This document shows, one piece after another, positions 8,690-17,512 of a DNA stretch of 32,000 bases (within the stretch, counting starts at the first letter, position 1; each line of letters begins with the position of its first letter). The stretch comes from an uncultured archaeon. Its GTDB lineage: Archaea > Asgardarchaeota > Lokiarchaeia > Sigyniarchaeales > Promethearchaeaceae. Both the position numbers and the translations under genes were made by a program. The stretch lies in NCBI GenBank assembly GCA_964426185.1, contig CAYRPF010000021.1, positions 8,777 to 40,776 of the forward strand. The letters run 5' to 3'. Below the pieces are notes generated by a model that saw only the letters and a list, made by a program, of their open reading frames with translations, had not been told where the DNA came from and made no database searches.

Positions 8690-10417
8690 CTATTCAAGAG
8701 AAGCGAATAAATCTCTTCTTTTTTTCAAGGTAGAAACGATTTTGGAGAATACTGGACTATTATTCCTAATGTAGATTTCTCCTTGTTTATTTAGTGTTGC
8801 TGAAAATATTAGATTACCATTAGCATAGAAATTTACATATTGATTTGATAAAGAAGGATCTACTGAAATTACATAAGCCTTCTTTCTGCGGTATATTTCG
8901 CAAGGAATCATATCATCGGCCCCATAATATTTAGATTTGCCATTTTTACTTCCGCTTAAAGGCGGATATGATTCTTTTATGCGTCTTTTATTAGATCTCT
9001 TTTTAGATCCTACGGGTGCAACTATTACATCAGAACCGAATGCATAAATTTCATAATACAATTCGTTAGTAAGAAAATTACGCACTTCAATAACTGGTCG
9101 CGAGAGATCTTTATCTGTGAATCCACTGGGTTTTTTAACAGTCATTTCTAAACATAATACTTCTGCTACTTGTCCTGCATCAATAAAAATTATGGTATCA
9201 ATTATGTTTGGAATAACTCCAAGCTCAACTCGGCGAATAAAACGTTGCACAGCATCAACTGGGCGGGAAGCATGAACAACTCCCACCAAACCTATACCTG
9301 CTAGCCGCATATCCGCAAAAATCTTAAAATCCGATTCAACTCGTACTTCATCAAAAATGGTGAAATCCGGACGAATTAAAAGAATAATATCAGATGTTTG
9401 CTCTAGACTACCATTTAGCGGTGCATATTGAGAAACTTCTGGAGGGACATCTAAATCCCGTACACTTTCTAAGGTTTTTACCAGCTTATTTTTTTCCAAA
9501 TAGTAGCGCGATAAAGCAGCAATAAATGTGCTTTTTCCGGCTCCCGGATTTCCAGCAACAAGGATACCTTCTGCAATCTCTAACCGATCATAAATTTTTT
9601 GCGGTAAATGATAATCTTCTAAACTTAGTTGAACGAGCGGTTTAACTGCAGTGATTTCATATGAATTACTGAAAGGTGGGCGGCATATTACAATTCGATA
9701 TTTCCTTAGTTGGATAACGGTCACCCCCGCCTCATTTCGTTCAATAAAGGATTGTTCGTCATTCTTTGCCGTACGTATAATTCTATTGGCAATTTCAGCT
9801 ATGGAAAATGGTTCCATAGGTTCTGATGTTATTGGTTCAAGTTTCCATTCTCCTGGTTTTCCCCGTTTAGCCATTGGAAGACAATGCCCTCGTAGATGGA
9901 CTGACATGGTGTGATCATCAAAAAATTCTTCAATTCCCGCTTCATCAGATTCAGCGGATTGTTCTTTTTGATTTTCGGGAAGATTCATGGTAAACAAAAC
10001 ATCGATCCCTTGAACCAATGCTATAGAAGATTGAACTTCATCAGCGGTTACTAAAATGGCTTTTGCATCAAATGCATCCTTTCGAATTAGAGCATCTAAT
10101 TCTCCACCCGGGTTGAGTTTAATTTGTTCTAAGGTGGGGCGTTTGCCGAAAGTTTCAATATGAATTTTTTTCTGTTTCATCAAGGCATATAATTCTTGGA
10201 GTACCTCAAGTCCTACATTTTCTTGAGGTTTAGTTTGATTTGCTTGATTTTCTACTTCGGCTAACATGACTCGTGACAGAATAATGGTAATTTTTGGCAC
10301 TTCGGTAACGTGATCTAATTCAATCGGTTGATATTCGGCTAAAGTGCTATCTTGGATAAAATCTATGATTTTACGATTATATATAACTGATGTATCAGGT
10401 AAAAAGGTAAAGGGCAT
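8690..10417 (-). CDS. PINc/VapC-family ATPase (PINA-like)
   Basis: N-terminal PIN domain (PDTSVI, EVENQAN, GELDALI, TADEVQ); ATPase GNPGAGKST, RPDFTIFDEVR, ADMRLAGIGLVGVVHA; DLSRPVIEV...YEIYAFG. Confidence 0.92.
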   Translation of the reverse strand: MPFTFLPDTSVIYNRKIIDFIQDSTLAEYQPIELDHVTEVPKITIILSRVMLAEVENQANQTKPQENVGLEVLQELYALMKQKKIHIETFGKRPTLEQIKLNPGGELDALIRKDAFDAKAILVTADEVQSSIALVQGIDVLFTMNLPENQKEQSAESDEAGIEEFFDDHTMSVHLRGHCLPMAKRGKPGEWKLEPITSEPMEPFSIAEIANRIIRTAKNDEQSFIERNEAGVTVIQLRKYRIVICRPPFSNSYEITAVKPLVQLSLEDYHLPQKIYDRLEIAEGILVAGNPGAGKSTFIAALSRYYLEKNKLVKTLESVRDLDVPPEVSQYAPLNGSLEQTSDIILLIRPDFTIFDEVRVESDFKIFADMRLAGIGLVGVVHASRPVDAVQRFIRRVELGVIPNIIDTIIFIDAGQVAEVLCLEMTVKKPSGFTDKDLSRPVIEVRNFLTNELYYEIYAFGSDVIVAPVGSKKRSNKRRIKESYPPLSGSKNGKSKYYGADDMIPCEIYRRKKAYVISVDPSLSNQYVNFYANGNLIFSATLNKQGEIYIRNNSPVFSKIVSTLKKRRDLFASLE

Positions 10418-10473
10418 ATTATTTCACTTTGTTTTATTTTGTTTATTTGCTTTTTTTAATTAATGTAAAAAAT

Positions 10474-11121
10474 TTACCAATTTTTAAGTTTATTTTTATT
10501 TATTGATAGTTGAAATTGTTCTAATTGATAGTAGGTAATATCTCCTAAGCGATCCACCGTTGCAAGAATTAAAATTTTACGAGAGTTGACGGATTGCTTT
10601 GTTATTTTATCTAATAAATCTAATCGGACCGCATTGTCTTCTTCTAAAATAAATATAAAATATTTCGCAATATCTGTTTGTGGATTCGCTCCTCGGGAAA
10701 ATATGCGAAAATGAATTTCGTCTCCATATCCTAATCTCACAATATAACCTCTTTGACGGAGATCACGGTAAACTAAGTAGCGAATCCAGATTTGTGGATC
10801 TTTTTGAGCAATCGTATTAAGAATTTCATCACTTCTTAATGGATTTCTTTCAAGTGTCATAATTTTTAGACGATTACGCTCCATTAATAAAAGACCTTCA
10901 ATAATGCTGAATTCATATTTATTATTCGGTAATTGTAATCCAAAAAAGTTTTTTTCATGAAGATCTTTTGCGGTTGGTGAATTTTCCACAATAATCTTGT
11001 CGTTTTGTAATATTCCTGTTAATATTTCAAGTTCTAAGTTAGAATCCGAATCTTTTTCTTTAATTTCGAGTTCTTCCTTCATTATATCTTCATCTTGAAA
11101 ATCAAATTTGTGGGAATTCAT
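10474..11121 (-). CDS. endA: tRNA-splicing endonuclease subunit, probably non-catalytic (structural)
   Basis: FSIIEGLLLMER, YLVYRDLRQRGYIVR, SRKILILATVDRLGDITYY; expected catalytic Tyr and His appear replaced. Confidence 0.85.
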   Translation of the reverse strand: MNSHKFDFQDEDIMKEELEIKEKDSDSNLELEILTGILQNDKIIVENSPTAKDLHEKNFFGLQLPNNKYEFSIIEGLLLMERNRLKIMTLERNPLRSDEILNTIAQKDPQIWIRYLVYRDLRQRGYIVRLGYGDEIHFRIFSRGANPQTDIAKYFIFILEEDNAVRLDLLDKITKQSVNSRKILILATVDRLGDITYYQLEQFQLSINKNKLKNW

Positions 11122-11307
11122 TAAAATCTTCTCATACTTTCTAAAATATTTTATAATGCTGAACCTACTGCATTTTTCAAAACAAATTAATAATTCAAAC
11201 GCAAAAAACTTTGCTTTTATAAAGAAATTTGCTTAAATTCCTACAAATAACTATAGAAGGAAAAAATTTCTGAAAATTTTTATACTTCGGAGTAAAAAAT
11301 ATAACAA

Positions 11308-12354
11308 ATGTCGAATAATGATGTTCAGCGAAAAAACAATATTTCGCGACTTTTTCCTCAAGGTGTGCCGCTCTTATGGTGTCCCCCCCTAACTCATTAC
11401 CGCTCGGATAAATCTATTGATTTTGAGCGGATGAAAAAGCATATAAACCACATCGCCCCATATATTAATTCCTACTTAATTCCGGGAAGTACTTCGGACG
11501 GATGGGAAATATCCTTTGAAGAATACAAACAGATTCTGAATTTTGTATTTAAAGAATTCATACCGGATAGCGAAATTAATGTATTAATTGGGCTTTTACG
11601 GACAGACTCTTCAGATGTACGCAAATTTCTCGATTATGCTGTTAAATTTTTGCAAGAGAACAATATTGAAACCGATATGGATAATTATCGTTCTTCTCGA
11701 TTTAAGGGATTTGTATTATGTGCTCCGAAAGGAGAAAATCTCACCCAACAAGAGATTAAAGATGCTATCGTTCCCATATTGGAAAAAAAATACCCGATTG
11801 TGCTTTATCAACTGCCCCAAATCACTCAGAATGAGATTAGTCCTGAAATAATCAGTGAGTTGGCGGAAAAATACCCCAATTTTTACATGATGAAAGACTC
11901 CAGCGGGCAAGATAAAGTCGCTTATGCTGGATTGGACTACCATGATATGATTCTTTTACGAGGTGCTGAGGGGAATTATCACAAATACCTTAAAGCTGCA
12001 GGAGGTCCATATGATGGCTTTTTACTCAGTACAGGAAATACATTTGCTAAGGGATTGAAATTCATTGTTGATCAAGTGATATCTGGTAATCTATCCGATG
12101 CTGAAAAAGAATCAACTGAGCTGACTAAAATTATTGATGAAGTATTTACAATTGCTTCTACTATTCCATTCGGAAATGCATTTACTAATTCGAATAAACT
12201 ACTCGATCACATTTTTGCTCATGGAAAACAATGGTTGAAGGCGTCAGCACCGTTGACCCATGCCGGAGAGATTCTAAGTCAAGAAATTTTACAGAAAATT
12301 GACGAAATACTCCAGAAAAGTTCATATTATCCTAGCAAAGGATATCTCGAATGA
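11308..12354 (+). CDS. Dihydrodipicolinate synthase-like class I aldolase/lyase, divergent
   Basis: PPLTHY...IDF, PGSTSDG (GxxGE equivalent), VLYQLPQIT (catalytic Tyr), PNFYMMKDSSG (Schiff-base Lys). Confidence 0.82.
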   Translation: MSNNDVQRKNNISRLFPQGVPLLWCPPLTHYRSDKSIDFERMKKHINHIAPYINSYLIPGSTSDGWEISFEEYKQILNFVFKEFIPDSEINVLIGLLRTDSSDVRKFLDYAVKFLQENNIETDMDNYRSSRFKGFVLCAPKGENLTQQEIKDAIVPILEKKYPIVLYQLPQITQNEISPEIISELAEKYPNFYMMKDSSGQDKVAYAGLDYHDMILLRGAEGNYHKYLKAAGGPYDGFLLSTGNTFAKGLKFIVDQVISGNLSDAEKESTELTKIIDEVFTIASTIPFGNAFTNSNKLLDHIFAHGKQWLKASAPLTHAGEILSQEILQKIDEILQKSSYYPSKGYLE

Positions 12355-12383
12355 TATTTTTTTTCAGAATGGTGAAGAAAACT

Positions 12384-13640
12384 ATGAGCTTACAAAATAA
12401 ATTAAGAATTACTGAAGAAAATTTAAAGTCGATTAATGATTTTTTGCTGGACCCTTCAAACCCACTTATTCAGAAATTCATGGCAGTGGTTGAAAAATAC
12501 GGAAGTCCAGAAGAAATCAATGAAAAAGCAGCTAACGCACGAAAGTTAGACAATTTGATGGAAAAATTGAAAGTGAAGAAACCCGAATATGTGAAAGATT
12601 TGGAATGGCTTATTGAACAACGCGATGCAGGAAAATTTATCAAACTTGAAAATTATTACAAAAAGGTTTTAGGGGAAAATTATGATCCCGCCGCTATGAA
12701 AAATGATTTTGCTGTTACTTTAGAATTAAGTGCGCTTCAATATTTTCCCTTCTTGATTGAACAAGCGAAACAAGCTATCAATAAGCAAGAATTAATGCCT
12801 GGGCGAATAATTCGGGTTAGAAAGATGAAAGAACAAGTAGAAGACGGAGATATTTTGGCAGTAGCTGCTGCTATGAATATTATCGGTGCTTCCTATGTTG
12901 AAACATTAGATACTAAAGGAACAGACGGTTCTAATGTGCATTTAGGTGGCCCTGAAACAATTACTGGTTATTTTGGAGGGGTAGGACAGCCAAATCATTA
13001 TCCTATTAAATGGTTGGATGAATTTCTCTATTATTATACCACTTATGGGGTTCGACAAGTTCTAAATGTAAATCCTGGAACCGTTTTACTGGGATATTTT
13101 CTCCATAAAATCGGAGTAGATATAGAGTTTAAAATATCTGTTTATATGGGAAATGATAATCCATACAGCGTATTGTGGACTTTAATGACTGCAAAATTAT
13201 TCAGTCGTGACGATAATACGACCTCATTAATTGGGTTTAATTTTTCAAATTCGGTCAATAATGAAACCATCGAATTGAGCGCAATTCCTCGGAAAGCGTT
13301 TGGATTTGAAGATGTAGTGCGGTTTGAACATCATATTACCGAAACCTACAAATCGATTGTTCGCCAACCTTATAATCGTCGGGATGAATTAATAGAAGTA
13401 GCAGCCAAAGTCAAAAACATCAGTGCCAAGCATGAAGGTGCCGATCCAGAACTTGATGAAATTCGCGAACATCCTTCGGATATTTTAGATTATTTTATGG
13501 ACAAAGAGGATGTAATTAAACAGAACTTAATGGATAAATTATTACGCAACTATTTAGATAAACACGATGCAATAACTAAAACTGCGAACGCCTTGATTAA
13601 AAATCATATTCCAGTTATTCCTGCCAGAAATCTGCATTAA
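12384..13640 (+). CDS. Uncharacterised soluble protein, probable TIM-barrel enzyme
   Basis: Long ORF; start at 12384 (MSLQNKL) preferred because GGTGA lies at 12371-12375. Regular beta/alpha alternation and a Gly-rich loop DTKGTDGSNVHLGGPETITGYFGGVGQPN. Confidence 0.75.
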   Translation: MSLQNKLRITEENLKSINDFLLDPSNPLIQKFMAVVEKYGSPEEINEKAANARKLDNLMEKLKVKKPEYVKDLEWLIEQRDAGKFIKLENYYKKVLGENYDPAAMKNDFAVTLELSALQYFPFLIEQAKQAINKQELMPGRIIRVRKMKEQVEDGDILAVAAAMNIIGASYVETLDTKGTDGSNVHLGGPETITGYFGGVGQPNHYPIKWLDEFLYYYTTYGVRQVLNVNPGTVLLGYFLHKIGVDIEFKISVYMGNDNPYSVLWTLMTAKLFSRDDNTTSLIGFNFSNSVNNETIELSAIPRKAFGFEDVVRFEHHITETYKSIVRQPYNRRDELIEVAAKVKNISAKHEGADPELDEIREHPSDILDYFMDKEDVIKQNLMDKLLRNYLDKHDAITKTANALIKNHIPVIPARNLH

Positions 13641-13704
13641 ATTGCTTTTTTCTTTTCTTTATCTTTTTTCGATAAATTCTTAATCCGATTTGTATTATTG
13701 GTGA

Positions 13705-15114
13705 ATGAGATATTCAATGCGGAAAGATTATTTCCTTTTAGGGTTAGGGTTTCGCGTAATAATGCTCTTTTTCTTTATTCAATTAAATGAAACCAACCAC
13801 TACAATGATGCCTCCCTAATTATTTACAAAGGCTTCTTGCATATTTTAAATGGTGAGAACCCTTATTCATTTATCTATGAACTTCCATGGGGAACTGGAA
13901 CATTTTACCAGCCATTAAACTACGGGCCGCTGGTTTTCATTCTTTTCCTTCCAGCCATGTTTATTCCTATTTGGTATCATGATTTATGGATTGGAATGGC
14001 AATAATGATTAATCTTTATAGTTTTGGGATTGCTGAGATCCTCTCAAACATGGGCTCTCGAGACGCTGAATTTCAATCAAAGATTCCTAATTCTAATCCC
14101 GATAAGGATGTATTTAGTAATAAATTGTCAAGTTTGTTATATTACGGTGGAATTCTTTTCTGGTTGGTACCCTTCGGCACAACCGTAATTTCCGTCTTCA
14201 TTTATGCACCAATTTTTCTCACTACATTAGCTTTTATATATCGGAAAAATCCCATTCTTTCCGGATTCTTTTTAATGATCGGTGCGCTAACTTATCAGTT
14301 AGTTCTTCTGCTAGTTCCTATCTTTGGTATATATTATTTAAAACAGAATTGGTCTGCTACTTTTAAATTTGTGCTTGGGTGCATTCCTGCATTGATTGTT
14401 TTATGTTTCTTTATTTTTTGGCAGTATCCTGCAGGAACAATTGATAACCTTTTTCTTTATACTTCAAGAATGCCTTATATAAAATGTGAAACTTGTGGAA
14501 GTGATCTAGATCGTTTTTCTTTCTTTTCTATTCCCCATTTGCTCTATATCTGGAGCAATGGCAACATTCAAGTCGGGAATTATTTTCGCCTGGGTGTTGT
14601 GGTAATTTTAGGAATATATTGCCTATTGTTGCTCTTTCAAAAAAAAGAATCGAAGGAAATGGCCGTTTCAATTATCAGATATCAAATCCTTTCCGTAATT
14701 CTTTTTACTCTAACCACGAATTATGGACAAATGCATTATTTATTTTTCACCATAATTCCAATATTCTTTTTGCTTCAATATAAAAAACCGAATTGGTCGA
14801 AAAGCAAATCAATTAATCCCGAAGCCCCCAGAAGGATATCCGATCTTTCCGATGAAAAAATTGCCCTTTCATTGATATCAAAGACGATAATAAGCATTGT
14901 AATTCTTTTTTTTGCATTATTTGGGCTCCATTTTGGTATTCCGGGTTATTTTTTAGAGTTTCAAATTGTTAGTTATCAATATCATGGTTGGGTAAAATGG
15001 GTTATTTTTATTGTAGCTGTTCTAATGATATTGATTGGTATCATAACCATAATTTATCGGCGTTCAAAGCCATCATCTCAAAATCAAAAATCAGTTATTC
15101 CAGGAATGAAATAG
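13705..15114 (+). CDS. Polytopic membrane protein, GT-C fold glycosyltransferase-like (GT87/PIG-M-like)
   Basis: After TM1: YND...LNGENPY...PLNYGPL, resembling the D...G.nPY...YpP loop of GT87-type enzymes; about 11-12 TM segments. Confidence 0.6.
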   Translation: MRYSMRKDYFLLGLGFRVIMLFFFIQLNETNHYNDASLIIYKGFLHILNGENPYSFIYELPWGTGTFYQPLNYGPLVFILFLPAMFIPIWYHDLWIGMAIMINLYSFGIAEILSNMGSRDAEFQSKIPNSNPDKDVFSNKLSSLLYYGGILFWLVPFGTTVISVFIYAPIFLTTLAFIYRKNPILSGFFLMIGALTYQLVLLLVPIFGIYYLKQNWSATFKFVLGCIPALIVLCFFIFWQYPAGTIDNLFLYTSRMPYIKCETCGSDLDRFSFFSIPHLLYIWSNGNIQVGNYFRLGVVVILGIYCLLLLFQKKESKEMAVSIIRYQILSVILFTLTTNYGQMHYLFFTIIPIFFLLQYKKPNWSKSKSINPEAPRRISDLSDEKIALSLISKTIISIVILFFALFGLHFGIPGYFLEFQIVSYQYHGWVKWVIFIVAVLMILIGIITIIYRRSKPSSQNQKSVIPGMK

Positions 15115-15117
15115 AAA

Positions 15118-15960
15118 ATGGTAATTGAAATCTCAGAAGAATCTATAAAACATGCACAAATTACATTTTCACTTATAATAATTAATGTTTTGTCATTCAT
15201 CATAGTAAATCTCATTTTAGGGACTACTTGGGTTCTTTTTTTTGCTCAATCTAATCATCTGATAATCCACGGGAAAGAAATTTGGGGGCTTATCACTTCA
15301 ATTTTTATGCATGCAGATGTTGCTCATTTAATTTTTAATATGATATCCTTATTTCTATTCGGTGTATTTGTGGAAAATAACTATACCAAAGTTCAATTTA
15401 TCTTAATTTACATTGGTTCAGGCTTGGTGGGCTCTCTTTTTTCATTATTGTATTATATTTTGATTTCTCAAGGGATTTACTATCCAGTTTATGGATTGGG
15501 AAGTTCTGGTGCAATTTACGGCTTGATGGCTGCAACTTTTGTGAAAATTCCCCGTTCCAATAAGTATATGTATATTTATGGAATAATATTTGTGGGATAT
15601 CAGTTATTAACCTCTTTGAATAATTGGGCTCACATATTCGGTTTTGTGGCTGGTTTTGCAATTGCTCGACTTATAAAACACCAGGTTGAACATCAATCAC
15701 GGCAAAATTTAAAATATTCAAAAGAATCTGAAAAAATAGCTCTGGAAAAGAGTATTTTTAATCGATTTTGCAGATTATTGCAGATCGAAAATCCAATGTT
15801 ATTAACCCAAATGGCAGAATATTTACAAATAGATGAAATTGAATTGATGAAAAGACTGATAATTTGGAAGCAAAAACTGCCATTCACAATTCGGCATGAT
15901 AGAATTTACATTCCGAATATGGATGAATTTCTTAGAGCTCTCGATCGGATTCCCTCTTAA
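15118..15960 (+). CDS. Rhomboid intramembrane serine protease with C-terminal winged-helix-like domain
   Basis: WGLITSIFMHADVAHLIFNM, GSSGAIYG (catalytic Ser), AHIFG (catalytic His); about 85-aa soluble tail. Confidence 0.92.
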   Translation: MVIEISEESIKHAQITFSLIIINVLSFIIVNLILGTTWVLFFAQSNHLIIHGKEIWGLITSIFMHADVAHLIFNMISLFLFGVFVENNYTKVQFILIYIGSGLVGSLFSLLYYILISQGIYYPVYGLGSSGAIYGLMAATFVKIPRSNKYMYIYGIIFVGYQLLTSLNNWAHIFGFVAGFAIARLIKHQVEHQSRQNLKYSKESEKIALEKSIFNRFCRLLQIENPMLLTQMAEYLQIDEIELMKRLIIWKQKLPFTIRHDRIYIPNMDEFLRALDRIPS

Positions 15961-15983
15961 ACTATGGGATTTTATATACAATT

Positions 15984-17489
15984 ATGGTATTAGAAAATCT
16001 TAAACCCCAAGTAGTTTGGGATATTTTTGAACAAGTATTTCTGGCAACTCCTCACGAGTCAAAACATGAAGAATTAATCCGGAAAAAAATAAAAGAATGG
16101 TTACAAACGAACGTCATTCCTTCTCACCCCGAAATTATAATAAACGAAGATAATATTGGGAATATTTTAATCCGTGTTCCTGCCACGCCCGGTTATGAAG
16201 AAGTTCCTTCACTCCTTCTACAAGGACATATGGATATGGTTTGTGTGGCTAATGAACCATTTGATTTTCAGAAAGATCCCATTACTCCAGAAATTGAAAC
16301 TAATGGAGATTGGGTTACAGCAAAAGGAACATCTCTAGGGGCCGACAATGGTATTGGTGTGTCAATGGCATTAGCCCTTTTAGTTGATCCCGAATTTCCA
16401 CCTCATGGACCTTTGGAAATTTTAATTACGGTTGATGAAGAGACCGGTTTAACCGGTGCATTTGAACTTGATGTCGATAAACTTCAAATTCAAAGCCGTT
16501 TACTGATAAACGTGGATTCTGAAGAACTTGGGATGATTACAGTTGGATCTGCTGGTGGAGGAGATTCATTGATGGAAAAAGCCCTATATCGTTTTTCAGA
16601 TTATTCCAATTATTCTACATTTTATCAATTAGAAGTGAGTGGATTGCTCGGAGGTCATTCTGGTGGAGATATTCACCTACCTCGTGCGAATGCGAATAAA
16701 TTAATTGCCAGAATAATGAGTAAACTCACAATTGCGAAAATTCCAATCGTTATTTCTGATTGGAAAGGTGGCACAAAACATAATGCAATTCCACGTAAAT
16801 CAATTATTTCATTTGGATTTCCGGCTGAAAATAAGGCTGAAGTTGATTCACTTATCGAAAGAGAGCGGGCAGCCATATTGTCATACTATCATAAAGGAGA
16901 AAACCCATTTGAACCAGATCTGAAAATTGAAATCACCCCAACAAAGCCTGCATCATATTTTTCCCTTGAAGAAAGTCGATTGATTATTTCAACTGGAAAT
17001 ATTATTCCAAGCAGAGCAATCGTGCCTTCTCCGACTATTTCTGGGCTAACAGAAACATCGAATAATTTTGCCATAGTAGTATCTAGCGATACTGGAATAC
17101 TTTTTCATTTATCCAGCCGTAGCTCCGTGCAAGCAGAATTAGAATGGCTAAGAGATCAATTGGAACAATTAGCCTATACTGCAGACTGGAAATACAATCG
17201 TGAAGATGCCTATCCAGGTTGGAATCCAGATCTCGAAAGTCCATTTTTGGCTTATGTGAGAAGGGTTTATGGTGAAGAAATTAATCGGGAAGTGGAAGTT
17301 GGTGCCGTTCATGGGGGTTTGGAAACCGGACTAATTGGAGACAAGATTCCTGGAATTGAAATGGTATCGATTGGACCAGATATTCAAAATCCTCATTCTC
17401 CAGATGAGCGTGTGAATATTTCCAGTGTGGAGAAGATGTATTCCATTTTAAAGCGTCTCATTCGCGATTTGAATCGATACCATGCATAA
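15984..17489 (+). CDS. pepD: Aminoacyl-histidine dipeptidase (M20C)
   Basis: LQGHMDMV, TSLGADNGIG, TVDEETGL, NVDSEE, GGHSGGDIH, YPGWNP, HGGLETG, PHSPDE. Confidence 0.93.
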   Translation: MVLENLKPQVVWDIFEQVFLATPHESKHEELIRKKIKEWLQTNVIPSHPEIIINEDNIGNILIRVPATPGYEEVPSLLLQGHMDMVCVANEPFDFQKDPITPEIETNGDWVTAKGTSLGADNGIGVSMALALLVDPEFPPHGPLEILITVDEETGLTGAFELDVDKLQIQSRLLINVDSEELGMITVGSAGGGDSLMEKALYRFSDYSNYSTFYQLEVSGLLGGHSGGDIHLPRANANKLIARIMSKLTIAKIPIVISDWKGGTKHNAIPRKSIISFGFPAENKAEVDSLIERERAAILSYYHKGENPFEPDLKIEITPTKPASYFSLEESRLIISTGNIIPSRAIVPSPTISGLTETSNNFAIVVSSDTGILFHLSSRSSVQAELEWLRDQLEQLAYTADWKYNREDAYPGWNPDLESPFLAYVRRVYGEEINREVEVGAVHGGLETGLIGDKIPGIEMVSIGPDIQNPHSPDERVNISSVEKMYSILKRLIRDLNRYHA

Positions 17490-17512
17490 GTGTGCAAGCG
17501 AATCATAATATT

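Noticed and set aside
8690-10417. PIN domain as a VapC toxin, or ATPase as a secretion/pilus motor
   Set aside because: The fusion matches housekeeping PINA, with no antitoxin or pilin genes adjacent.
12351-12383. Upstream start for the 429-aa ORF
   Set aside because: The GGTGA RBS position favours ATG 12384.
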